A model generated the notes under the pieces. It saw only the letters and a program-made list of their open reading frames with translations. It had not been told where the DNA came from and ran no database searches. This document shows, one piece after another, positions 1 to 12,975 of a DNA stretch of 64,000 nt (the first letter of the stretch is position 1; the number at the start of each line of letters is the position of its first letter). Origin of the DNA: the human T2T-CHM13v2.0 reference genome, Homo sapiens. A program made the translations under genes and the position numbers. The stretch lies in the NCBI RefSeq assembly GCF_009914755.1, contig NC_060942.1, one strand, 5' to 3'.

Positions 1-12
1 TGACTAAGTACT

Positions 13-80
13 ACATAGTAGACTTAGTATGACTAACTACTATGACATAGTAGACTTAGTATGACATAGTAGACTTAGTA
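13..80. repeat. Short tandem repeat, 19-bp unit ATGACATAGTAGACTTAGT (probably cut by the window edge)
   Basis: Exact copies at 42-60 and 61-79, and a partial copy at 13-33. Confidence 0.8.
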
Positions 81-1427
81 TACAAAATTACCCATATGCT
101 TGAATATACATATTTATATTACATATATACATGTTTAATTTACTTATCCAAAATTTCTCAAAAATGTCATCACTTTTGGCCAATGATGAAATGCATTAGG
201 AGCAAAATCATAGTTAACTAACCTCCACAGAAGATAAAGCCTGTGAGTCAAGAGACTGAATATTTAAATGTCCTGGAGAAGTTGTCTTCTTGCCATCATC
301 GTGACTTAAGGGGCAGAAATTAAGGAGAGCAGATGCACCTTTTATGATTAATTAATGAGTGTTTATCTTGGGCCCTTAATATGCCCAGATCTGTGCTTGA
401 TTTGTGAGGAAAAGAAAAAGAAGATATTTGATCTTCTCTTTGGAAAGTTTACCGTCTAGCTTGGATGATAAAAAATAACATACTTAAAGCATCTCAGGAG
501 CCACTTGGGATTCAGGTAAGCAGTATTGGCAGCTACACAGCATGGTATATTGTGCAGGTTGTTTACAGAAGCCCTCGGTGCAGATCTCTTTATTGAGCTG
601 TGTACTTTTTATGGTACCCAAGAATTTTCCTGCTTAGGAATTCTACTCTCCATCAAGTAATAATGTAACATGGCATAATATCATCCTTTCTATTATAGCT
701 AACTTATAGTGGGGGAAAAAGTATCTCTCATGGATAAGAACTAAGACTAAACATAGATGAATAAGAGACGTCAAGAAAATTAAAATATAGCATTCCTTTA
801 ATGTATTTGGTATTATTTCAATTAACAAATAAAAAGGTGTGTTTTTAGTAAATTTGAAGCATTTTTTGTTCTTCTGGCTGAGAGAGTGTCAACCTTGAAT
901 ATTCGTGTTGTTTAAAGTGATGCTTGTGTTCTGGACTTGTGCTACATGCCAAAAGAGAATAGTGACTTACTTATTGCAGATTTATGAAGAAGGTCTATAA
1001 AATTTTATTTCGTCTTACTTAAAACAAGAGTCAGGGAATTCATCCCACCGGATGGTAGTAACAGCCTTTTATTACATCAAAGTTGGTGGTAGCTTACAGA
1101 GGAAAAATTGGCCTTCCATGGTGTGTAACTTTATGACCTAAATGAAATGAGATAGATGATCCTCCCCCGGGTGAATTTTTATATTGTTTTACAAAAGAAT
1201 AGAGAGAATGAAAAGAAGAAAGAAAGGGAAGCACTAGTCAAGCTCATCTGACTGCACAGGTGCATCTGTGCTGCTGAGTGAGGTGGTACCAGATACACTT
1301 GGAACTGCACCTTGAGTCCAGCTCACAAAATGGCCATCTCTATCTTGACGTTAAATTTATTATAACTCCCTGGATTATATGTGTAAAAAGTCAACTGCTG
1401 GTGGGGGGGAACATGATGAAGCTATGG

Positions 1428-2144
<717 letters not shown>

Positions 2145-2299
2145 CGGCTACAGCTAATGTTTGAGAAATGAGTCATTCTAAATAGCTACACTAAAGTTGA
2201 GGTATAAAACCTCAATTTTAAGCATCTAAAACTATTTTTATTATTTTAATGTTGACAGAATCTCATTTCCTTAATCAGGGAAAGCCTGTGCTTTCCTAC

Positions 2300-2470
2300 T
2301 ATTATGTCTCTACTTCCAAGGCATTTAACTCACTATCTAGAAATTACTTATTTTCACATCTGTCTGCCACCCCAATAGATCTTACATACACTGTCTAGGA
2401 GCAGACACTGTCCTTCATTCTACTTTGCTTCACACAGAGGAGGTGATCAATACCCTTCATAGAATAAATC
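2300..2470 (+). mobile_element. L2 3' end fragment (degenerate)
   Basis: Resembles the L2 terminus (TGTCTGCC..GAGCAGACACTGTC..CACACAGAGGAGGTGATCAATA..GAATAAAT). Confidence 0.5.
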
Positions 2471-4640
2471 AACAGTGGCTTTGCCATTACTACTGCAGCA
2501 TCTTGGAAAGGATTCCCTCCATGAGGAATGAAAGACATCATTATGAACATTCATTATTGGGTTAGACTACAACACAGTAATTCCATCTTCTGTCGGGTCC
2601 CACTGAGGATTCTGAAAACTGTCTGCCTCTATATTAAATGGTCCCAGATGCTATGGGTTTCTAAATTCCTATTCTAAATTTTGGAGTTTTAGCTATTTCT
2701 AATCTGCTGGGTAAAGCAGATAATCACACTTTTTTTTTCCAGATGCCTTGGCATAGAAATGGGTTTCCAGTGAGAGTACCAGGAATAAAAAAGGTCCACT
2801 GAGTAAAAATAGGAGTTTTAATCAAAGGTTTTTTAAACTCACTTCTGGCAACTCAAAACAACCCCCTTCCGCTTTTTTTTAACCTTATATTTTAGTTGTC
2901 AGTTATGTATCAGAAAGATAAGGTTGCTGACTGTATAGCTGAAATGTTATATTTTCCAATCCTAAAAACTCCTGTAGTTCTAGTAGGTTTACAGGTTCCT
3001 GGTAATTGAATCCCTAAGCAGGCAAATGTTTTCTGGAATTCATGGATTCTACAAACTTGTAAGCTACTGAAGTACTAAAAGTTCTTTGCAGTGTGATACA
3101 ACATTTGGCCATACCCTAGCTATCACAAGTCTTAAGTCTCTTCACAAAATAAAAATTGACCTTTGAGGGTGTAGGTGTTTAATATTTCTAAAATATTTAA
3201 AACTCCTTAGGTAAAACTTTTTTGGTTGAAATATTGGGGGGTTTTGTTACATTTATCACATTAAAAAAGAACACGACTTGCAACATTGCACGTTTTAAGC
3301 CTCTTACAGTTTTCATATGCATTATCTAATTTGATTTTCATAATAATTCATAAATATAGGCTTTTGTGAGATCTTTATCAATTAATCTGTAATGCTGAAC
3401 TCTCAAATTTCATTTGGTTCTAAAACTGACCTCCTAAATTCTCTTATCCTACATATTATTCATTTCTTGTGTAAATGTCAGGGGCCAGAGAAAAATAAAC
3501 TCACATTCTGCCGCTTGGTATAAAGTAAGGAATCTAAACCAACATCATTAGTGTGGACAGTATTTGTGGTAAGCACTGCAAATACTGAGAATGTTTTTTA
3601 AAGTTAGAAGGAAAGGGCTTTTACTTCCCTTATGGCCTTCCTCTGACCATTTTAAATTTCCTTAGACTTTATTAAAGTACATCAGTTACATAGTTAAGAA
3701 AATTTAAATTAATGTTTGTAATATGAATATGGTATTATATCTCCAAGATATACACTAAAGAACTGGACATTACATAAATCCTTATTCTTTTTTATAACAA
3801 GTGTTTGATTTTTTAAAAGATTAGCAGGTGGTATGAGTTAAAGTAGGATTTGTATTTCTTAATTTTTGATGTGAAATTAATCTGAGTAGCTAGCATATCT
3901 GATTTTAGACATGCCTTAATTATAATTTAAAATAATTTGTTATACAAATTAGTCTAGAAAAATTTGAATGCTACTTGAAGATTTATAATGTTGCCCCTTC
4001 CCTCTTCCCTCACACACATCAATTTTTCATAATTCCCTTTTCCAATTTCATTTCCAACAGTGAAACAAAGCAGAGACGTTGTAAAAAAATCTCTTCCTGC
4101 ATAGTTATATTTTTACCTAAAGATTATCTATTAATTTTTCCTTTATACAATGCTAAATTACCTTGAAAAACTGTGGGATTATAGATGAGGCTTATGAGAA
4201 TATACGATGAATATATTAGGGCGCAAACAGGTAAAATCAATTCCTAATTCTTATGTCCATCTGTGGTATGACTTAGAGGTGCATCTGGGATTATAAAGTA
4301 ATTTCAGACAGGAAGAGAGAAATAAGAAAATGAGTCTATTGTATGCCTTAGTATAAAGGGCTTCTCTAGCCTTTTTACAAAAGGTGCACACTTTTAAAAC
4401 ATTTCCTCTCATGTAAAGGGAACATCCTAAAAGAGTTTGCCAATTCTTAAGAAAGTAAGAAGAGAAGCACGGCAAGTTCCTTTAAAAATGTTTTACGTGT
4501 TCTCTACAATAGCTGACACGGGAAAATGAGTAAGAGCCCAAATGCTTTGAACCCAAAAGAGATGAAACCAGCACGAAAGGAAGTCAAGTAAGATCCTAAG
4601 GAAGTCAGATTTCATACTAAGAGAAATTAAACTCACTCAC

Positions 4641-5581
4641 TGTATATGTTTTCTATGGTGGCTGTAACAAATTATTATTTCGTGGCTTGAGATAACACAG
4701 ATTTATTATCTCACAGACCTGTACTTCACAAGTCTAAAATGGTTCTCACTGGTCTAAAATCAAGGGGTCAGCAGAGCTTCGTTTATTTCTGGAGGTCCTG
4801 TGGGAGAATCTGTTTCCTTGACTTTCCCAATCTCTAGATGCTGCTGGTATTCCTTGGCTCATGGTCCCTTCTGCCTTCAAAGTCTACAATGGCCAGTCAA
4901 GTCTTTCTCACCTTGAATCATTCTATGACTCTTCTGCCCTCCTCTTCTACATTTAAAGAACCTGCATTAGTTTCCTGGGGCTGCCTAACAAAGTACCACA
5001 AACTGGGTGGCTTAAACAACAGAAATATATTGTCTTACAATTTTGGAGGTTAGAAGTCCAACCTCCAGACTTCTGGGTGTAGGCAGAGCTGGTTCTTCCT
5101 GAGGGCTGTGAGAGAAGGATCTGTTCCAGGTCTCTCTCTTTGGCTTGTAGATGGCCGTCTTCTCTTTGTGTTTTGTATCATTTCCCCTCTTGTCTTGTAC
5201 TTGTCTGTGTCCAAATGTCCTCTTCTTATAAGGACACCAGTCATATTTGATTAGGACTTACTCTGATGACCTCATTTTAACCTGATCACCTGTGCCAAGA
5301 ACCTATCTTCAAATAAGGTCACACTCTGAAGTACTGGGGGTTGGGACTTCAACATATGAATTTTTTGGAAGACACAATCTAACCCATAACAGGACCCTTG
5401 TGATTACATTGGGCCTGCTTGGATAATCCAGGATAATCTTATTTTAAGGTCGGCTGATTAACAACCTTGACTCCATCTGCTGCTTTAATCGCCCCTTTGC
5501 CATATGACATAACATATTCACAGGTTCTGGGAATAAGGATGTGGACACCTAGGGGGAGGGGGAATTATTTTACTGATCATA
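4641..5581 (-). mobile_element. MaLR solo LTR (MLT1D-like) with a nested younger MLT1
   Basis: Antisense MLT1 motifs; perfect 5-bp TSD CTCAC at 4636-4640 and 5582-5586. Confidence 0.85.
4963..5391 (-). mobile_element. MaLR solo LTR (MLT1B-like) nested in MLT1D
   Basis: TGCATTAGTTTCCTGGGGCTGCCTAACAAAGTACCACAAACTGGGTGGC...AACCCATAACA; TSD GAACC/GGACC. Confidence 0.85.
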
Positions 5582-6384
5582 CTCACTGTCTCCTTTTCTT
5601 TTCTTCTTTTTATTTAATTTCAAGTGTTTATTAGGAAATCTACAGTATGATGGTGCCTTAGATATTTTAGATAATTGATAAAAGGAGACTGTTGGAAGGA
5701 CTGCTGGGTCGGGGGTGGGGGGCAACAACTACTAAATGTAACAGACTGACAACATATGTTTGGGGGTAAATAGATATTTTTACAAATCACAAAAACAGAT
5801 GTAATATACATAATATTTTAAGAGATTAAAAACAAAAATTTTTGGACATTAGAAGACTGTTTTACACTGATACTATTATGTCTAAATATCATATAATGTT
5901 GAAAAAAACTGTATGGTGCTAACATTACATACCTTATCTCCCATTAAACACAATTAGTAACCAATTGCATCAAAGTAAAAGTACACTATTTAATAAAAAA
6001 TCACTTTCAAAGACATGCTTGTGAAGAAGAAGACAGACATTTTCTCAAATGTCAAAAACAAAACAAAATCTATAAGCTGTAGAGGTCATATAAAGCCAGG
6101 CTGGAATAAAGTAAAATAGAAACTAGTTCTTTTTCAAAAAAAAAAAAAAAAAGTTCCAAATAAGTTGGGAGTTCTATAAATCATGCTTTCCCATTCTACT
6201 AGTCACATGAAAAAGCTGTGCCTTGCATGTAGTAATTTAAAAACCTAGTTTCTGATAAATGATATTTTACCGAAAATAAGTCATAAGATACAGATAACTT
6301 GTAGGACCTGGAAATGTTCTATAGAAACTGGGATTTGGGATTTGGGTTCAAACAAACCACCAAGAGGAAAAAGAGAAGCAGCAC

Positions 6385-6590
6385 CACTTATTATGTAGGT
6401 CTACTCTGCATCCGGTGGATATGTATATTTCAAATAAGGCTACAAAGTAGAGAAGGAAGACTTACAAATGTGAAACTGAGGTTCAGAAAACTTGCGTGAT
6501 TTATCCGAGGTCAAATACTTGTAGGGGTGGAATTGGAATATAAAGTCAGGTTTGTCTGACTGCAAGGCCCATATTCACTCCATGCAGCTT
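6385..6590 (-). mobile_element. MIR
   Basis: Antisense MIR core TTACAAATGTGAAACTGAGGTTCAGA...GTTTGTCTGACTGCAAGGCCCAT. Confidence 0.75.
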
Positions 6591-6805
6591 CCCTGGATCA
6601 GAACAAAATATCCAGGATAGGTTTTTAATCCCTTTAATTGTATGACAGACTTTTAATGGGAGTCTATAACTCGAAGCATAATATATATTCAAACTAAATA
6701 ATCTAAAAATACCCAGCTTGAATGTTGATTACTATATACTGAGCATCATAGTTTTAGGCAATGTATTTTAAAAGAGGTGTATATTCCATGTTTATATTGT
6801 CATTT

Positions 6806-7370
6806 CCTATCATTTGACCCAGGAGTCTTGTTACTGGGTATATATCCAAAGGAATATAAATCATTCTGTGGTAAAAACACATGCACACGTATGTTCATTG
6901 GAGCACTATTCACAATAGGAAAGACATGGAATCAACCTAAATGTTCATCAGTCATAGACTGGATATGGAAGATGTGGAACATATACACCATGAAATACTA
7001 TGCCATAAAAAAGAATGAGATCATTGTCCTTTGTAGGAACATGGATGGAGCTGGAGGCCATTATCCTTAGCAAACGAATGCAGGAACAGAAAACCAAATA
7101 CCACATGTCCTCACTTGTAAGTGGGAGCTAACTGACAAGAACACATGGACACACAGACGGGAACAACACACACTGGGGTCTAACGGAGGGTGGAAGGTGG
7201 GAGGAGGGAGAGGATCACGAAAAATAACTAATGGGTACCAGGCTTAATACTTGGATGATGAAACAATCTGTACAACAAAGCCCCATGACACAAGTTTACC
7301 TATGTAACAAACCTGCACATGTGCCTCTCAACTTAAAAATAAAAGTTAGATAAAAATAAAGTAAAATAAA
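6806..7370 (+). mobile_element. L1 3' end (old L1PA, L1PA15/16-like), 5'-truncated
   Basis: ORF2 C-terminal remnant (FDP..LLGIYPKEYKSF..TWNQPKC), 3'UTR and A-rich tail. Confidence 0.93.
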
Positions 7371-7756
7371 TTTCCAAGAGTTGTCCTTTAATTGTGACTA
7401 AAAATTGCTGCTCTCACGAAGAGAGTTAAAACTTCATGGGGTGCTTTTTCTGTTGTTTTGTCCATGTGATTTTCTTAGTAAGTCCTTTGTGCTAAGGAAA
7501 TGAAACAATATCAAGTTTCCCATCTTGGGGCATAGGGTATGGTGCTTACAAAGACACTATCCTAAGTTCATAGGATGCTTGCTGCCTGACATGTCCTTTT
7601 CCAAAAGGCATTTCAGGTGTAATTTAATAACTTAGATAGCTTAAAAGTGAATATATCTATGCTTTAGGTCCAGGTAAGTCTAAAAGCTACTGGATATAGA
7701 ATAGTTTTCATAATTGATATTTTAAATGATCACCATATTACTTCTCCTATATTAAC

Positions 7757-8060
7757 ATTTTTTTCTTTTCAACAAATAAAAATTGTATGTATTTAAGGTG
7801 TACAATGTGATGTTTGGTAAACACATACATTGTGAATAATCACCACAAACTGATTAAAACAACTCATCACCTCACAAAGTTATTATTTTCATGTTTTTTT
7901 CTCTTTTGTTTTGTGGTGATAGCACTTAAAATGTACCCTCCGCAAATTTCAAGTATACAACACAGGATTATTAACTGTAGTCTGATTGCTGTAAACTGGA
8001 TCTCCAGAATTTATTCATTTTGCATAACTGAGACTTGGTGAAAGAGTACAAAGTCTCAGT
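7757..8060 (-). mobile_element. L1MA-like 3' end with a 24-bp 5' inversion
   Basis: Antisense L1M 3'UTR (AATTGTATGTATTTAAGGTGTACAATGTGATG); TSD ATTAA(C/T)ATTTT at 7751-7761 and 8061-8071. Confidence 0.8.
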
Positions 8061-9804
8061 ATTAATATTTTCTTTGCAATATTGGCTCTTTCAATAATAG
8101 ATCAACATCAAAACTATCTTTTTTGAAAAGTATTCAGTGACAAATCAATTTTTAAGTCAAAAACCACAATCAGGACATTCTTTTTAAATAGTGATGGCAT
8201 TTTCTCCAACTATAAAAAAGTTAGACTAGGCATGTAGCCCCTGAAATAGTTATTGATGGTAATAAAATCTATGTTACTGAACAACAAAGGAACATTTTTA
8301 ATACAACTCTTTGTTGATGGGGCCATGATCTCAGATCAGAGCTTCTGGATTAAGAATGAATTTTACCAACAAGAAATATTCTTTTAAAAGAGAGATTATC
8401 TTCCCTTGCATTTGTGTTTTCTAGGTTTTAAAAGGGGCAGAGAGGATTAGTAACCTGTAATTAACCTGCTGTATTTTCAAACTTCTCATTCATCAGAGCG
8501 CTTTCACTTGTACCTGATGAGACAGAGCAGCAGGGTAATATTTTTTCATTAGTGCTGGTTGACTTGTTTTTGGTTTCTGTTTCCTACTGAACAAAAAATT
8601 AACTGGTGATGATGAAATGGTATCTGTCTTGAATTGTCCCTTGTTATAGGTGCTGTATAGTGAATCACTACAATCTTCTTTGAGGTTGTTATCCATGTAT
8701 TGAAACATGATATTGAGTGAATTAAAGAGGCCGGACTCCAGAAAATGAGGTCACACATATTTTGGAATCCATCTATATGCATGGATATAAAATATGCATT
8801 GTCTTAGATATAAGGAGAAAAATCTTTTAAATAAAACTAAAGAGAAAAATGAGGTATTTTCTTTCCAAAAATATTCATGCCCTCTGTGTCACTACACAAT
8901 AATGACTGACAGCTGCCCAGAGGGTTTGGTCTCAAGAAAGGCTAATAAATGGCCAAAAGAAAAGTAGCTCATTAGGAGTTAGAGAACAATGATTTTTCAT
9001 ATCCTACAGCTAAATTTGTGACAAATATGATTATTGGCCTTATATTTTCCAAATGGTCTTCCTTCTTTCATTCATTACGGTATAGGAATACATGCCGCAC
9101 TGCAAGTCAGCATCTCTTATAGATGACTCCAGTAGAGGACTGCTAGGTAGCAGGTAAATACCTTGATTACTCAGAAATGTACTAACTTTGAAAACAATAT
9201 TTTAAATGCAGTCATTTCTCCCTCATACTTTAAGGTTATGTTCTTAAATATCCCTGTGAGAGTTAAATTGCAAGTTGAAGAAACTATCACTGTAGTAAAA
9301 ACATGAGATTGGAGTTTATAGTCAGGAAAGAACCTATAGGAACCCTTCTACTTTTCACTCACACAATATGTGTGTATGTAAATAGTGCACACTAAATAAA
9401 AGTTATTTTTAAAGTTTTATGCATTTTCAAATTTGAAATAATGGGTACTATACTATTAATTTATATTTGTCTTTCCTAGCTCTCTAGAAGTTTTTCAGGA
9501 TTTCTTCTCCCCACAATTTTACTAAATTCATTTCATTTTGTCCTAAATTTCATTTTGTTCTGTTGCACAGAATACCCATGCTAAAATATCTTCTGTGTCT
9601 ATTGATCCTTTCAAATGCTCAACTCATTTTTAAGTTTGATAATGCCTTATCAATAAAAGAAAAATATTTATTATAAAGTAACGGGTATTTCAGCATGTAA
9701 ATACTCAGGAAATACTTTATCAGAAGACAAAAAATATTCCTAGAAATTATTTAAATTCTCCCTAGGGAGCAATATCTACCCCAGTAAGAACCTCTAATTC
9801 TGAC

Positions 9805-10122
9805 CAGAGGTCAGTCAACTGTGGCCCACTGGTGGTTTAACTAGAACCCACAAGCTTAAGAATGGATTTTCATCTTTAAATGGTTGGGAAAAAAATCAAA
9901 AGAAGAGTATTCTGTGACATTAAAAATTCTATAAAATTCAATTTCAGGTTCTGTAAATAAAGCTTTATTGGAAAACAGCTACGCTTGTTGATTTATGGAT
10001 TGTCTATGTCTGCTTTTGTTCTGTAACTGCAGAGTTGAGTAGGTGTGACAGAGACTGAATGGTGCACAAAGCCTAAGGTATTTCCTCTCTGGCCCCTTAT
10101 AGAAAATGTTTGCAGACCCCTA
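9805..10122 (+). mobile_element. MER58B-like hAT-Charlie MITE
   Basis: TIR-like ends CAGAGGTCAG / GCAGACCCCT; internal GCAGAGTTGAGTAGGTGTGACAGAGAC...AAGCCTAAGGTATTT; 8-bp TSD-like ATTCTGAC/ATTTAGAC. Confidence 0.85.
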
Positions 10123-12829
10123 ATTTAGACTAAAACTTCCCCCAGTATATCATCAAGTTGTATATTCTCTGTCCATGATAATCGTATGACAAAGCCTATG
10201 CTATGAACGACCTCTCACTGATAGAACGTAATTCTTCCAGTACACTCTAGGGACCAAAAGGAGGCTGAATGGACAAGTACAAGAATGTTTGGACCATCTC
10301 TAGACTCTGTGGGCTCATGGTTAACTGATGGTGAGATTATTTCCTTGCTAGTAATGCTGGCCTCAGTTTTGCCTTTCGTTTTTCTTATGCAAAGTTGTCT
10401 CACACAGATGGCATGTGAATGCATGATTTAGAATAAATGACAGATGAAAAAAAAAAAGAATGTAATTCTAAGGCAGGATTTTACTTTGTCTTCTTATATT
10501 TTCCCCCTACCCCACCCCCATCTCAATGTATCTAACTTTTCTACTTTGGGGTTTTGTTTTGTTGTCTTGTTTTAATTCTCTCCAATAAGAGTGACTTTTA
10601 TTGTGCATAAAACCCACAGATTGCTGACCCTATTCAATAATAGATTATATGTATTTTATATCCCCTAATGACTATTACCCGAGACTACTTCACCTAACTG
10701 CCAGAAATGCATCTTCAGCAGATTTCAAACTATTGTTCAGGCCACTGCCCTCCATCTTCCCTCATGGCACTGCCCCAACACCCACTCTGATTTTGAGTTG
10801 TTGACTATCTTCTCCAGCGCTCCTTCCAAAGCATGGGACACACCTTAATTCCCCACCATATGTGTGTATGGGACCAAGTCTTTAATGAAGGCTCAGGGAT
10901 GACAGAAGAAAGTATAACACAAAACATAACTAACAACTACTGCTAGAATGGCTACTTTAAAACCTGCCCAAAACCACTCATTTCCAGGAAATCACCACCT
11001 GCCTCCTTCTTGCCTTGGCATCTGGGACCAACTGAGACCCCACCAGATGTGGAGGAAGTTGTCCTTTCCAATACAGCACCCACTTCACATTTTATGTCAT
11101 GTCTGGGAAGATCAACTTTCTCCCCAGATATTTATCTTCTCAAGGGAAACAAGTTCCTCAAAGACAAGGGACTGAGTTGGCACCATGGCTCAGATAACAA
11201 AAGCCCAAGTCTTTCAATACAGTTTTCCCAAAGTCTGAATTGTCTTCGACGCTTTGTCAGTCTTTTCTGTAAGATTGAGTGACAAGGAAATCAGGTATGC
11301 TCTTCTCTCTGAGTCTCTCATGATCGTATCTAAATCAATTCACAATTTTCAGGCATACAACAGTCTGTATTCAAATTCAGAGTGTGTGTATATTGGGGCA
11401 GGAAGGGAAGGGGAAAGATTTTTCACCCTTGGTAGCCATATACCCAGTCTCCATCATTAAACATAACTCTTAACACCTCCGTATGAAACGCCTTAATTGA
11501 GTTGTCTTGTCAACACTTTCTGAGAGTAGTGAGTAGGTGCATAACTAACTACACCTACCATCATAGGGGCTTCTCCAAAATTTAAAGAAACAATCTTCCC
11601 CAAATGAGGGGAAATTTCTGTAACTCTTTAAAAGGTCATTTTTCCATCTAAAAACAAAAAACAAAGTACAACTCCAGGTCCAGTCTTTTGAATGGAAACT
11701 GTAACCAAAATTATTACCATTTACAAAAGAGTATATAGAAACAAATTTGTGCACATTACTTTCCCCAAAAATGAAAATTATTCTATTAGAGAGAAATATT
11801 TTTGTATTCTGCCCATGTTTGTTTTTCAAAACATTAGGATGAGATCGACTAGCATTTTGCACAGAATTATCTACTCATCTTTTTCAAAACTTATATGAAA
11901 TTTTTATGTTTAAAATGCTTAAACCATTTTTAAACACTTTCAGAGTTTTTAGATTCTTATGGACTTGAATACCTTGGCTTCCAGTTGTGTGTTAAAGAGC
12001 TAATTTTGTCCTTGCAGTTTCAGATACAGGTCACTAGATGCACCTGTCTACACAAAGCAAGCACAACCAGAAGACACAGTCTTAGAGCATTTTGTAAAGG
12101 GTGTTTCTTTCCTGGCTATCTACCCTGGGCACAACCTCTTATTTTATCATTTGTCAGTTTCCTCACCCAATTTACATGTCTTTAGCAATCTCTAAAGAGG
12201 TTATTTTATTGTGGGTGTTTATAAGGACAGCAAAAAGATTAGATTAGTTGAAAGTTACTAAACTCATAGTGCAGGGTAAATCTTACAGAATTTACTAAAA
12301 AGTATTTAGAAATGTACATCAATCAAGTAATATATAATGTGAATCTGGTTTTAATTCCCATCCCTATTCATCAGAGAGGCTAAGGGACATGTCTCATTGA
12401 GCGCCGCTCTTCATCTGGGGTTCCGTCCAGGCCAGTCCACACTGGACCAGTCACTTCCTAGCATTAGAACTGATATAGCGGTAGCAGATAATCTCCAGGA
12501 TTTATCTATGGTTACTGATAGTTCATAATTGAAGTATTCACAGAAGTGTTTAAAAGCTCTAACTTTGTTCTTACAACTACTGAAGCATTTCATGCAGCGC
12601 TGAATTCTGCAGGGTTCATCCTTCCACAGACCCTACAAATTTCTGCTCTAGTTGGAAATGCCTGGGAGTGGCTTTTTTCTCTCTCTTGGCTTATACAGAC
12701 GATCTTAGATTTTAGTGAAAAGAAAGTTGCCATGCTGAATGCAGTGAAAAACAATCCTTCGTGCTACTTCGTGCTACTTCCACCCTCCCTTCGTCCATCT
12801 CACAGACTTCCTGTAGGTCACTGAACAAG

Positions 12830-12975
12830 GAAGCCGTTTCATTCTTCAGTATTTTGTATGTGCTATTCTCCACCTGGAATGCTTCCTTATCTTCCCCTTC
12901 CATCCATCTAGTCAACTCCTTCTTCATCCTTTAAAGACCAACTCAAGTGTCACCCATTACCCCGTTCCCTCCCTA
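12830..12975 (+). mobile_element. L2 fragment
   Basis: TGCTATTCTCCACCTGGAATGC...CTCCTTCTTCATCCTTTAAAGACCAACTCAAGTGTCACC. Confidence 0.65.

Noticed and set aside
1-82. CRISPR-like repeat array
   Set aside because: Primate DNA; adjacent repeats without unique spacers and no cas genes
965-1000. Strong minus-strand donor AA|GTAAGT with a possible 24-nt microexon; also plus-strand TAG|GTCCAG|GTAAGT near 7665-7680
   Set aside because: Acceptors lack polypyrimidine tracts; such motifs occur by chance at this frequency
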